A DNA stretch of 44,296 nt from the sequence record DRR723986_18853. One strand, given 5' to 3'. The notes under the pieces are model-generated. The model did no database searches and was not told where the DNA came from. It saw only the letters and a program-made list of their open reading frames with translations. The position numbers and the translations under genes were made by a program. The number at the start of each line of letters is the position of its first letter. The first letter of the stretch is position 1. This document shows, in pieces, positions 8,101 to 18,286 of this stretch.

Positions 8101-10770
8101 GGTGACCTGACCTTGATCATCTACATCTAAATTATCGTCATCATCCTTGGTGTCAACTTTTGGTTTAGACTCGGTAGTTTCATTTTTTGTAGAAGTAGGA
8201 TTTAAATCAACAGAAACAGTTTCTTCATCTACAACTTCAAGATCATCTGCATGTACCTCCTCTGGCTCTTCGTATGGTAATGGATCTAATAAACTAATCT
8301 GATTAATTTTTTCTTTAGTTAATTGATTACCTAAAGCATTTATACCTTTTATAGCAATAAATTCTTCGAGATTAACCTCCATATTTGGTTTACGATCTTT
8401 ACCTCTCTCCTTTTTATATTCAACCTCAGCCATTGGTCTCCAGTCTGTAGAAACTATTTCTAATTGCGAGTTAGGATGATCAGAGATAAATGATTCTTCC
8501 TTACCCTCATTTTCAATTAAAAATCGTTTTACATAATAACGTTCTTTTTCACCATCAAAATAAATAGCAGAAATAGGTTTTTTTGGTGTCCATTTTTCGA
8601 GCACAATCATATCACTTTCAAAGTGTGTGGTTAATTCTGGTATTATTGTTTTTACAATTCCAGATTGTGTAATAACCAACAACCTATCTTCACCTCTAAA
8701 TTCCCCAATTAATTCGCCTCTGGCATCTACATTGAGGCGCTGAACGGTATCATCAAACCAAATTTTACGTGGTTTTAAAGTAGAAACTCCTTTTTCTTTA
8801 AGCTCTACTCTTTTTATAGAATATTTTGTTACCAGGTTTCCTTTAGAAGTCCTGCCTTTAATAAGAATATCTGCAAAATCTAAATCCCACTTTAGTTTCT
8901 TTATACTACCTACTTGACGTAGCATTATAGTTACAACTTCTGCCTCACCATTAGGATTAGCAGAAAAATACCAAAGTACTGAGCCTTTATTTCCATTTGT
9001 TAAATCGTATTCTCTATCTCTAGTCATACTTGTAACAGCAAAGCGCTTCACATAAGAGGGCCCTCCTTTTCCGTCACGATAGATCATATTATAGATGGTA
9101 CGCTTGTCCTTTTTCTTAAAGACTGCAACATGGATAATATTTTTACCAATAAAGGTTTTAGAATCAACCTTTGTCACCATCATCTTGCCTTCTTTGGTAA
9201 ATACTATTATATCATCTATATCACTGCAATCACATACATATTCATCTCGCCTTAATGATGTACCTATAAAACCTTCTTCTCTATTAACATAGAGTTTTGT
9301 ATTTCTTATAACCACTTTAGTAGCGTCTACATCGTCAAAAACACGAATTTCTGTTTTTCGTTCCTTACCTTCTCCATAATCTTTCTTTAAACTCTCAAAA
9401 TAGGCAATAGCATAGTCAATAAGATTTGCTAAATGGTGTTTTACTTCCGCAATCTGATCTTCTAAAGCATCAATTTTTTGCTGAGCTTTATCGATATCAA
9501 ATTTAGAAATACGCTTAATTCTGATTTCTGTTAAACGTACAATATCTTCAGTCGTTACTTTACGTTTTAAATGCTTCACATGAGGTTCTAGACCTTTATC
9601 TATTGCATTAATTACTCCTTCCCAAGTTTCCTCCTCTTCGATATCGCGATAAATTCTATTTTCAATAAAAATTCGCTCTAAAGATGCAAAGTGCCATTGT
9701 TCCTCAAACTCACCGAGTTTAATCTCTAACTCTTGTTTTAAAAGCTGAACTGTATTGTCTGTTGAACGACGTAACATTTCTGAAACACCGACAAAAAATG
9801 GCTTGTTATCTTCAATAACGCAACCTAATGGTGATATTGATGTTTCACAATTTGTGAATGCATAGAGTGCGTCTATAGTTTTATCTGGTGACAAACCTGA
9901 TGGCAAATGAATTAATATCTCAACTTCGGCAGCAGTATTATCCTCAATTTTCTTGATTTTAATCTTCCCTTTATCATTGGCCTTAAGAATAGAATCAATT
10001 AATGATGATGTGGTTGTACCAAATGGAATTTCAGTAATGACCAAAGTGTTTTTGTCTCGCTGAGAAATCTTAGCTCTTACACGAACTTTTCCACCACGTA
10101 AGCCATCATTATAATTAGTGAAATCTGCTATGCCAGCAGTTGGGAAATCTGGCAATATTGTAAATCGTTTACCTTTTAAATGCTTTACTGAAGCATCAAT
10201 TAATTCTATAAAATTATGTGGTAATATTTTGGTAGATAGACCAACAGCAATACCTTCTCCTCCTTGCGCTAAAAGAAGCGGAAACATTACAGGCAAATTT
10301 ACAGGCTCTTTGCGCCTACCATCATAAGAGGCCTGCCATTCTGTAATTTTAGGATTGTAGACAACATCTAATGCAAATTTAGATAGTCTCGCTTCAATGT
10401 AACGTGATGCAGCTGCTCTATCACCAGTAAGAATATTTCCCCAGTTACCTTGGGTATCTATTAATAAATCTTTTTGGCCAATCTGAACCATTGCATCGGC
10501 TATACTAGCATCTCCATGAGGATGATACTGCATGGTATGACCAACTATGTTCGCTACTTTGTTATAACGACCATCATCAAGGTCTTTCATTGAATGCATT
10601 ATGCGCCTTTGAACTGGTTTAAATCCATCTTCAATTGCTGGTACTGCACGTTCTAAGATTACGTAAGAAGCGTAATCTAAAAACCAATCCTTATACATGC
10701 CAGTAACCTTAGTAATGGTTTCCTGGTTACCAGATTCTTCATTTAACATTTGGTCATGTTCTTCTGCCAT
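8092..10770 (-). CDS. parC: DNA topoisomerase IV subunit A
   Basis: DGFKPVQRRI, YHPHGD, AAASRYIEARL; co-oriented with parE; acidic C-terminal tail. Confidence 0.93.
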   Translation of the reverse strand: MAEEHDQMLNEESGNQETITKVTGMYKDWFLDYASYVILERAVPAIEDGFKPVQRRIMHSMKDLDDGRYNKVANIVGHTMQYHPHGDASIADAMVQIGQKDLLIDTQGNWGNILTGDRAAASRYIEARLSKFALDVVYNPKITEWQASYDGRRKEPVNLPVMFPLLLAQGGEGIAVGLSTKILPHNFIELIDASVKHLKGKRFTILPDFPTAGIADFTNYNDGLRGGKVRVRAKISQRDKNTLVITEIPFGTTTSSLIDSILKANDKGKIKIKKIEDNTAAEVEILIHLPSGLSPDKTIDALYAFTNCETSISPLGCVIEDNKPFFVGVSEMLRRSTDNTVQLLKQELEIKLGEFEEQWHFASLERIFIENRIYRDIEEEETWEGVINAIDKGLEPHVKHLKRKVTTEDIVRLTEIRIKRISKFDIDKAQQKIDALEDQIAEVKHHLANLIDYAIAYFESLKKDYGEGKERKTEIRVFDDVDATKVVIRNTKLYVNREEGFIGTSLRRDEYVCDCSDIDDIIVFTKEGKMMVTKVDSKTFIGKNIIHVAVFKKKDKRTIYNMIYRDGKGGPSYVKRFAVTSMTRDREYDLTNGNKGSVLWYFSANPNGEAEVVTIMLRQVGSIKKLKWDLDFADILIKGRTSKGNLVTKYSIKRVELKEKGVSTLKPRKIWFDDTVQRLNVDARGELIGEFRGEDRLLVITQSGIVKTIIPELTTHFESDMIVLEKWTPKKPISAIYFDGEKERYYVKRFLIENEGKEESFISDHPNSQLEIVSTDWRPMAEVEYKKERGKDRKPNMEVNLEEFIAIKGINALGNQLTKEKINQISLLDPLPYEEPEEVHADDLEVVDEETVSVDLNPTSTKNETTESKPKVDTKDDDDNLDVDDQGQVTLF

Positions 10771-11244
10771 CTATCCTTCTTTTCGCTTTCTGTTTTGTCT
10801 TATTGTTTTGTTTAAGGACTGCCTTACATACTTTAGTTTTTTTCGACTAACTAAAGTTATATTAAAGCGTTCCTTAGATTTTTGTCCGTTTTGATGTTTT
10901 ATCAACAATACCAAGGATTTATAAATTATAAAATTTCTAACCTTAAAACCTACAAGTTGATTTCTAGTGAATTCTAATTTATGCTCTCTATAATTAATGT
11001 ATTCGGTTAAAATTAACCCTTTATTAATAACACTTACTTTGGCGCCATCACTATCATATTCAAAATACCCTGCTATGGAATGAAATATTATTAATAGAGC
11101 AAAGACACTAATAAATATTACAAATGAACTGTTAGCAAATACATTAAGATATTTAAATACAGTAGCCAACAATATTGCAGAAACAATAAGGATAAAGTAA
11201 ATAGAAATTACTGCATTTTTTACCTTTCTATTATCCGTTCTCAT
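10771..11244 (-). CDS. Hypothetical membrane protein (2 TM, basic C-terminal domain) between parE and parC
   Basis: 157-aa ORF overlapping the parE stop by 4 nt and abutting the parC start. Confidence 0.75.
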   Translation of the reverse strand: MRTDNRKVKNAVISIYFILIVSAILLATVFKYLNVFANSSFVIFISVFALLIIFHSIAGYFEYDSDGAKVSVINKGLILTEYINYREHKLEFTRNQLVGFKVRNFIIYKSLVLLIKHQNGQKSKERFNITLVSRKKLKYVRQSLNKTIRQNRKRKEG

Positions 11245-13100
11245 ACAGTATCTTCTACAATATCGAGTTCGACTTTTAGATTTTCTATGATAAATTCTTG
11301 ACGCGTAGGTGTATTTTTACCCATATAAAAAGACAACAACTCTTCAATAGACATATCTTTATCTAGCATTACAGGGTCTAAACGAATATCATCACCTATA
11401 AAATGTTTGAATTCATCTGGAGAAATTTCACCCAAACCTTTAAAACGAGTAATCTCTGGTTTTGGCTTCAATTTTTCTATAGCTGCTTTCCGCTCTTCAT
11501 CAGAATAACAATATATAGTTTCCTTTTTATTTCTTACTCTAAATAATGGTGTTTGAAGAATATACAAATGACCTTCCTTTATTAACTCTGGAAAAAACTG
11601 TAAGAAAAAGGTAATTAGCAGCAATCTAATATGCATACCATCAACATCTGCATCGGTAGCAATTACAATATTATTATAACGCAAATCCTCTATAGATTCC
11701 TCAATATTTAATGCCGCTTGCAATAAATTAAATTCTTCATTTTCGTAGACAATCTTTTTAGAAAGACCGTATGAATTTAGTGGTTTTCCCTTTAAGCTAA
11801 AAACTGCTTGCGTATTGACATCCCTAGATTTTGTAATACTACCAGATGCAGAATCTCCCTCAGTAATAAACAAAGTAGTATCAAGATTGCCATCTTTTTT
11901 AGTATCTCCAAAATGAATACGACAATCACGCAATTTCTTATTATGCAAACTTGCCTTTTTAGCGCGCTCTTTAGCTAATTTTCTTATTCCTGATAACTCT
12001 TTTCTTTCTCGCTCTGCCTGAAGTATTTTACGCTGTATTTTCTCAGCGGTATCAGGGTTTTTATGTAAAAAGTTATCTAGATTAGTTTTTACAAAATCAT
12101 TAATATAGGTTCTTACCGTAGGCAAATCTCCTCCCATATCTGTAGAGCCTAACTTAGTCTTGGTCTGACTTTCAAAAACAGGTTCCATAACTTTAATAGC
12201 TATAGCAGACACTACGGATTTCCTAACATCTGACGCATCGTAGTTTTTACCAAAAAACTCTCTAATGGTTTTAACCAATGATTCTCTAAATGCAGCCAAA
12301 TGCGTACCACCTTGCGTTGTATTTTGTCCATTCACAAAAGAATGATACTCTTCACTGTATTGTGTTTTACTATGGGTCAGCGCAACTTCTATATCGTCGC
12401 CTCTAAGATGAATAATTGGATAAAGTAAATCTGATTCATTAATATTTTCTGACAATAAATCTTTTAAACCATTTTCACTAAAATACTTTTCCCCATTAAA
12501 AACTATGGTTAAACCTGGATTAAGGTATACATAGTTTTTAAGCATCTTTACAACATATTCATTTCGGTATTTGTAATTTTTAAATATACTGTCATCAGGT
12601 ATAAAAGTAACCTTTGTTCCTTTTCTACGTGAAGTATCGTCTAAGAATTCCTGATCTTTTAACTCGCCTAATTCAAACTCTGCCGAAGCTGATTTTCCAT
12701 CTCTTGTAGACTCCACTCTAAAGTAGGCCGATAACGCATTTACAGCTTTTGTACCAACACCATTTAAACCAACAGATTTCTTAAAAGCCTTTGAATCGTA
12801 CTTTCCACCAGTATTCATTTTAGACACTACATCTACAACCTTACCGAGTGGAATACCACGACCATAATCTCGAACTATAACACGTTCACCCTGAATAGAA
12901 ATTTCAATGCTCTTACCAGCACCCATTACAAACTCATCAATGGAGTTATCTAAAACTTCCTTAAGGAGAATGTAAATACCATCATCTGGAGATGAACCAT
13001 CACCTAATTTACCGATATACATACCAGGTCGCATTCTGATATGTTCTTTCCAATCGAGTGAGCGAATATTATCTTCAGTATAGTTTGACTGTTCTGCCAT
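11241..13100 (-). CDS. parE: DNA topoisomerase IV subunit B
   Basis: [42 protein letters not shown]; about 620 aa. Confidence 0.95.
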   Translation of the reverse strand: MAEQSNYTEDNIRSLDWKEHIRMRPGMYIGKLGDGSSPDDGIYILLKEVLDNSIDEFVMGAGKSIEISIQGERVIVRDYGRGIPLGKVVDVVSKMNTGGKYDSKAFKKSVGLNGVGTKAVNALSAYFRVESTRDGKSASAEFELGELKDQEFLDDTSRRKGTKVTFIPDDSIFKNYKYRNEYVVKMLKNYVYLNPGLTIVFNGEKYFSENGLKDLLSENINESDLLYPIIHLRGDDIEVALTHSKTQYSEEYHSFVNGQNTTQGGTHLAAFRESLVKTIREFFGKNYDASDVRKSVVSAIAIKVMEPVFESQTKTKLGSTDMGGDLPTVRTYINDFVKTNLDNFLHKNPDTAEKIQRKILQAERERKELSGIRKLAKERAKKASLHNKKLRDCRIHFGDTKKDGNLDTTLFITEGDSASGSITKSRDVNTQAVFSLKGKPLNSYGLSKKIVYENEEFNLLQAALNIEESIEDLRYNNIVIATDADVDGMHIRLLLITFFLQFFPELIKEGHLYILQTPLFRVRNKKETIYCYSDEERKAAIEKLKPKPEITRFKGLGEISPDEFKHFIGDDIRLDPVMLDKDMSIEELLSFYMGKNTPTRQEFIIENLKVELDIVEDTV

Positions 13101-13190
13101 AAAAGTTTAAGGACGAAAAATTTGATGAAACGCTAATATAAGACTATACCTTAAAAAATGAAATACGGTTTTAGGAAAGTAATTAACAAT

Positions 13191-13221
13191 AAAAAGCCAA
13201 TGTTGTTGAGAACATTGGCTT
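13191..13221 (-). terminator. Rho-independent terminator after ychF
   Basis: AGCCAATGTT-6 nt-AACATTGGCT stem followed by a U-run on the minus strand. Confidence 0.75.
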
Positions 13222-13248
13222 AAATCTATCAAGGAACAATAGTAATTA

Positions 13249-14343
13249 TTAAACGTTAAACAAGAAATGCATTACATCACCATCTTTAACAATGTAATTC
13301 TTTCCTTCTACTCGCATTTTACCAGCTTCTCTTACTTTAGCCTCGCTGCCATAACTTACGTAGTCATCATAAGCAATAACCTCTGCACGAATAAATCCTT
13401 TTTCAAAATCAGTATGGATAACACCAGCAGCCTGCGGTGCAGTTGCACCAATCGTAACCGTCCAAGCTCTTACTTCTTTTACACCAGCTGTAAAATAGGT
13501 TTGTTGTTTTAATAACTTATATGCCGAACGTATCAACTTTGCTGAGCCAGGTTCATCTAAACCTATATCTGCTAAGAACATTTGGCGCTCTTCATAATCA
13601 TCTAACTCATTAATATCAGCTTCTGTACCTACTGCTAATACCAACACTTCTGCGTTTTCATCTTTTACTGCATCCTTTACTTTTTCTACATATTCATTTC
13701 CTTTAGTGGCAGCACCTTCATCTACATTACATACATATAATACTGGCTTATCCGTAATAAATTGCGTTGGTTTTACGTAATCTTCATAATCTTCTTCAGA
13801 AAACTCTAAGGCTCTCACAGATGTTCCTGCTTCCAATGCCTCTTTAATCTTTAAAAGTACAGCTTCTTCTTTTTGAGCTTCTTTATTTCCTGTTTTTGCC
13901 GCTCGCTTAACTTTATCAAGCTTCTTATCTGCCGTCTCTAGATCTTTAAGCTGTAGCTCCATATCAATAGTTTCTTTGTCTCTTATAGGATCTATAGAAC
14001 CATCGACGTGGACAATATTTTCATTATCAAAGCATCGTAATACGTGTAAAATTGCATCTGTTTCTCTGATATTAGCTAAAAACTGGTTTCCTAATCCTTC
14101 ACCTTTACTTGCACCTTTAACCAATCCAGCAATATCTACAATCTCTACAGTTGCTGGTATTACCTTTTCAGGATTCACTAATTCTTCTAATTTGGCTAGT
14201 CTTGGATCTGGTACATTTACCACACCAATGTTAGGCTCAATAGTACAAAACGGAAAGTTGGCACTTTGCGCTTTAGCATTTGATAAGCAATTAAATAAGG
14301 TTGATTTTCCTACGTTTGGTAATCCTACAATTCCGGCTTTCAT
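13249..14343 (-). CDS. ychF: Redox-regulated ribosome-binding ATPase YchF
   Basis: GIVGLPNVGKSTLFN, NFPFCTIEPN, DIAGLVKGAS, IHTDFEKGFIRAE. Confidence 0.98.
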   Translation of the reverse strand: MKAGIVGLPNVGKSTLFNCLSNAKAQSANFPFCTIEPNIGVVNVPDPRLAKLEELVNPEKVIPATVEIVDIAGLVKGASKGEGLGNQFLANIRETDAILHVLRCFDNENIVHVDGSIDPIRDKETIDMELQLKDLETADKKLDKVKRAAKTGNKEAQKEEAVLLKIKEALEAGTSVRALEFSEEDYEDYVKPTQFITDKPVLYVCNVDEGAATKGNEYVEKVKDAVKDENAEVLVLAVGTEADINELDDYEERQMFLADIGLDEPGSAKLIRSAYKLLKQQTYFTAGVKEVRAWTVTIGATAPQAAGVIHTDFEKGFIRAEVIAYDDYVSYGSEAKVREAGKMRVEGKNYIVKDGDVMHFLFNV

Positions 14344-14364
14344 GTATTATAAATTTTGCGACTG

Positions 14365-14372
14365 CAAATGTA
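14365..14372 (-). promoter_or_regulatory. Bacteroidota -7 promoter element (TACATTTG) of ychF
   Basis: Matches the TAnnTTTG consensus about 20 nt upstream of the start codon. Confidence 0.55.
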
Positions 14373-14535
14373 GTTAATTAGAAGAATAGTTCACTTATTC
14401 TTCTTTTAAATAATATAGAATCAAATCTAAATTAGCTTTGTGAGTATCTTATTAGGCTTAATTTTCTTATCTAACTGATTTTCATCATTGTTACCAACCA
14501 ATTAATACTCTATGTTGCAAATAAAAAATAATACG

Positions 14536-14937
14536 ATGAAAACAACACTAAGCATTTTAATTTTTACAATAGGACTATTTTATCCATGCTTTGGACAAGT
14601 CTTGGAAATAAATAAAGAACAATCACCACAAGAATTATATGAGTATCATATGACAAAAAAGATAAAGAATGCCACTGCTGGTATTGTATCTTTAGTTGCA
14701 GGAGCCGGATTGATAACAGCTGGTATTTCTACAAACATAGATAATTGTCTAATAAGTGGGTGTAATAACGGCATGCCATTAGTTTATCTCGGCACTGGTA
14801 TTGGGTTGTCTAGTTTTGTTTGGTTTTCAAAAGCTTCTAAACACAAAAAGGTAGCTAAATTACAACTTCAAAATGGTGCAGTAGGATTTAACCGTAAGTT
14901 TAAATATACGGGTGTTTCAATTACATTTTCTTTGTAA
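14536..14937 (+). CDS. Hypothetical exported/membrane protein
   Basis: Signal-like N-terminus from MKTT (14536), two Gly-rich hydrophobic segments; ORF track starts it at 14512. Confidence 0.65.
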   Translation: MKTTLSILIFTIGLFYPCFGQVLEINKEQSPQELYEYHMTKKIKNATAGIVSLVAGAGLITAGISTNIDNCLISGCNNGMPLVYLGTGIGLSSFVWFSKASKHKKVAKLQLQNGAVGFNRKFKYTGVSITFSL

Positions 14938-15162
14938 GATTTAAATTAGATTTTAATTCTTTCTAATCGATTAAATTTTTCATTCTCTTATAATGACATA
15001 TATTTTATAATTACATCTTCATAGTATAAATGTTATAAGAGATTTTTAAAATAAACTAGTAGGTGTTATTTAATTGAGATTGTTATATCTTTAAAAGATG
15101 CAACGCAACCTTTTTGCAATTACTGCATTTTATTTATATACTAATCAATTAATTAAACCGCT

Positions 15163-16269
15163 ATGAAAAAATCAATCACACTCTTAATCGCTCTAATTTT
15201 AATAGTATCCTGTACCAAAGACAATTCAGGAAACTCTAATGGAGACTTCAGTATTTCAGGTAAATTTTTAACACCAAACGGACAAGATGCGGTTTCTAAA
15301 GCTACAGTAAAACTCTTTAAAAACAATACAGAGATTAAGCAGACCTCTACAGACAGTGAAGGCAATTTTACACTGAGTAATATAACTGCCGGTAATTATG
15401 AGGTAAAAATATCTAAAGGTCTTTTCACAGCATCAAGAACAGTAACTTTAGATGATATTTTTGATGTTGACTTAGGCGATATTTCAATTACCGATTTCCC
15501 TAATATAGCTATTGTTACAGGATTTTACGATAACATTGAAGGTGTTCTATACAATCTAGGATTAGTAAATCCTGTAACACAAGAACCGCTTTTTGATATT
15601 ATTTTAGGTAATGATATTTTAGATAGAAATCATGCTACATCTCATACACATAGTACAATCAGCAGGTCTAACAATCCTGCGTTAGAGCCGAATGTCGATT
15701 TTACTTTTGATGAATTTATTGAATCACCAGATTTATTAGACAACTATGACATTGTCTTCTTAAGTTGTGGTTTAAGCGAAAGTAAAACAGAGTTTAGCAA
15801 TAATATTACGGATTATGTTGCTAATGGCGGTTTGCTGTATTCGACTGATTATGCCTTTGTTTATTTAGATGATATTACCAATAATGGTGAGAATTACATT
15901 AATTTCTATGAACCAGAAAGAACAGGAAACTCATTATCCGTAGAAGCAGAAATACTAAGTGACGATCTTATAGAATGGTTACAATTTAATTTTAATATTA
16001 CTATTGTAGACAATACAGTATTAATCAATGAATTTTTACCAGGCTGGCAAGTTGTAGACAGCTATAACGAGAGTACGACTTTACCATGGCTTAATGGCCT
16101 GGCTGACTTTGATGGACAAACTGCTAATAAAGATTTAGCATTTACCTTTTTACATGGTAATGGTGGTGTGTTTTATTCCTCATTTCATACTGAAAACAAC
16201 ACAGAAGAAGATTCTACTGTTGCCAGATTAATACAGTATATGGTATTTGAACTTGCTGATTTAAAATAA
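15163..16269 (+). CDS. Lipoprotein with carboxypeptidase-regulatory-like beta-sandwich and uncharacterised C-terminal domain
   Basis: Lipobox IVSC; ISGKF...TDSEGNFTLSNITAGNYEVKISK; acidic C-terminal alpha/beta region. Confidence 0.75.
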   Translation: MKKSITLLIALILIVSCTKDNSGNSNGDFSISGKFLTPNGQDAVSKATVKLFKNNTEIKQTSTDSEGNFTLSNITAGNYEVKISKGLFTASRTVTLDDIFDVDLGDISITDFPNIAIVTGFYDNIEGVLYNLGLVNPVTQEPLFDIILGNDILDRNHATSHTHSTISRSNNPALEPNVDFTFDEFIESPDLLDNYDIVFLSCGLSESKTEFSNNITDYVANGGLLYSTDYAFVYLDDITNNGENYINFYEPERTGNSLSVEAEILSDDLIEWLQFNFNITIVDNTVLINEFLPGWQVVDSYNESTTLPWLNGLADFDGQTANKDLAFTFLHGNGGVFYSSFHTENNTEEDSTVARLIQYMVFELADLK

Positions 16270-16280
16270 TTAAAGAACTG

Positions 16281-16329
16281 AAAAAATAAAAAAACCCTTA
16301 GCGATGTGCTAAGGGTTTTTTTATTTTTT
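16281..16329. terminator. Bidirectional intrinsic terminator
   Basis: Perfect inverted repeat AAAAAATAAAAAAACCCTTAGC-gatgt-GCTAAGGGTTTTTTTATTTTTT between convergent genes. Confidence 0.9.
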
Positions 16330-16335
16330 CATGAT

Positions 16336-16503
16336 TTAAGCGTCATTGTCATGGTCTTTTTTAGCTTGTGTTTGACTACAGCCTACACCAAAAACAAGCC
16401 CGAGACTGAGCCATAAGGCTATGTTATCAGTTACTATTCCGATGACTGCACCAATAAGCATACCTAGGCCAATTCCTTTAGTATGATGGTTATCTTTTTT
16501 CAT
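16336..16503 (-). CDS. 55-aa small glycine-zipper membrane protein (absent from ORF track)
   Basis: Manual translation MKKDNHHTKGIGLGMLIGAVIGIVTDNIALWLSLGLVFGVGCSQTQAKKDHDNDA*; ends 6 nt before the terminator. Confidence 0.75.
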   Translation of the reverse strand: MKKDNHHTKGIGLGMLIGAVIGIVTDNIALWLSLGLVFGVGCSQTQAKKDHDNDA

Positions 16504-16624
16504 TTTCACTTTGAATTATTGCATCCACTATTGTATTAGTCACAATTAATTGAGATAAGTTACAGCATAAAAAAATCCCTAGCTAAAGACCAGAGATTTT
16601 AATTTCAATATCTTAAATCGTGTA

Positions 16625-16978
16625 TTATCCTTCAGGATGCATAAACCGTTGTTTACCTAATAACTCGTCTTCCGTTTCTACATGGTCCTCATCAGGAACA
16701 CAACAGTCTACAGGACAAACCGCAGCACATTGTGGTTCTTCATGAAAGCCCATACATTCTGTACACTTATCTGGTGCTATATAGTAAACTTCATCACTTA
16801 TAGGCTCTTGTGGCTCATCTGCATCAACTTCTTTACCATTTGGTAGAACCACCTTACCTAAAAGACTCGTTCCGTCTTTGTAACGCCAATCATCGGCACC
16901 TTCGTAAATAGCAGTATTTGGGCATTCTGGCTCACAAGCACCACAATTAATACATTCGTCTGTGATTATAATTGCCAT
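16625..16978 (-). CDS. 2x[4Fe-4S] ferredoxin, Bacteroidota type with insertion
   Basis: [11 protein letters not shown] and [22 protein letters not shown]. Confidence 0.95.
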   Translation of the reverse strand: MAIIITDECINCGACEPECPNTAIYEGADDWRYKDGTSLLGKVVLPNGKEVDADEPQEPISDEVYYIAPDKCTECMGFHEEPQCAAVCPVDCCVPDEDHVETEDELLGKQRFMHPEG

Positions 16979-17147
16979 AGTATTATTCTTTTTCTTTTTT
17001 AATCTGTAAGTCTAAATAATTGACTTAAGTCAGATTGAATTCGCAAATTTTATTCATCAATCAAAAGCAAACCTTTTCTTGCTCATTTCGTTTGCTTAAT
17101 TTTGCAGGTGCAAAAATAAAGCCAAAAAGGCTGTTATACAAATAATA

Positions 17148-18209
17148 ATGAGTAACAAAAATTACATAAGTGAAGCGTTTGTTGAATTAGGTAAATTTAT
17201 CGGGCAATTTGCTACTATACCTGCGTGTAAAAATGATGACGTAATATATAACGACTTATTTTTTGATGGCTTTAAACATCAAATAAAATTAGCTAATGAA
17301 AACAATGGTTGGTTCACTAATAAAAATATTTCATTTGCTTTAAGCAATTGGTCTAATGCTTTGACAAACAATAATATTAAACAATGGATAGATAAGTATA
17401 ACTTTAATATTAATAATCCCAAGACAGTAGCTATAATTATGGCAGGAAATATTCCATTAGTTGGTTTTCATGATTTCTTGTCTGTACTAATTACGGGTCA
17501 TAATGTACTGGTAAAACAATCTTCAAATGACAAACAACTACTCCCCTTTTTAGCTAAATATTTAGAATATGTTGAGCCAAAAATAAAAGGGAGAATTACA
17601 TTTACAGAAGAGAAACTAGAATATTTTGATGCAGTAATAGCAACGGGAAGCGATAATACAGCCCGTTATTTTGAATATTATTTTAAAGATAAACCATCTA
17701 TAATCAGAAAAAACAGAAATTCTGTAGCTATACTAACTGGCAATGAAACTAATGACCAATTAGTGGGCCTTTCAAACGATATATTTAGATATTACGGTCT
17801 TGGTTGCAGAAATGTGTCTAAACTATTTGTTCCTGAAGGTTATAATTTTGATGCTTTTTTTAATGCCGTCTATAAATGGCATCCTATAATACATGAAGCA
17901 AAATATGCCAATAATTACGATTACAATAAGGCAGTTTATTTAATGAGCGAATTCGATATGTTAGAGAACGGATTCTTAATGCTTAAGGAAGATATGAGTT
18001 ACTCTTCACCAATTGCAACGCTATTTTATGAACAATATAAAGACCTCGATTCTTTAAATGTTAAACTTAAGTCTGAAAGTGAAAAGATTCAGTGCGTGGT
18101 AAGTGAAGGGTTTACTGAGGATGAAGTTTCATTTGGCGAGACTCAAAATCCGCAACTATGGGATTATGCAGATAATGTAGATACTGTTGAATTCTTGTTA
18201 AAAACATAG
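17148..18209 (+). CDS. Acyl-CoA reductase (LuxC family)
   Basis: IMAGNIPLVGFHD, VIATGSDN, GLGCRNVSK; TAATTTTG -7 element at 17097-17104. Confidence 0.88.
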   Translation: MSNKNYISEAFVELGKFIGQFATIPACKNDDVIYNDLFFDGFKHQIKLANENNGWFTNKNISFALSNWSNALTNNNIKQWIDKYNFNINNPKTVAIIMAGNIPLVGFHDFLSVLITGHNVLVKQSSNDKQLLPFLAKYLEYVEPKIKGRITFTEEKLEYFDAVIATGSDNTARYFEYYFKDKPSIIRKNRNSVAILTGNETNDQLVGLSNDIFRYYGLGCRNVSKLFVPEGYNFDAFFNAVYKWHPIIHEAKYANNYDYNKAVYLMSEFDMLENGFLMLKEDMSYSSPIATLFYEQYKDLDSLNVKLKSESEKIQCVVSEGFTEDEVSFGETQNPQLWDYADNVDTVEFLLKT

Positions 18210-18286
18210 TCTAAAAATTATCAATTTCTTAATGTTTTATACCCAATTAATTAGCACCTTTGTGCTGTGAAAAAATATATACAATC

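Noticed and set aside
17148-18209. LuxC-like gene as a sign of bioluminescence
   Set aside because: No luxAB, luxD or luxE in the window; stand-alone LuxC-like reductases beside ferredoxin and serC are ordinary in this group.
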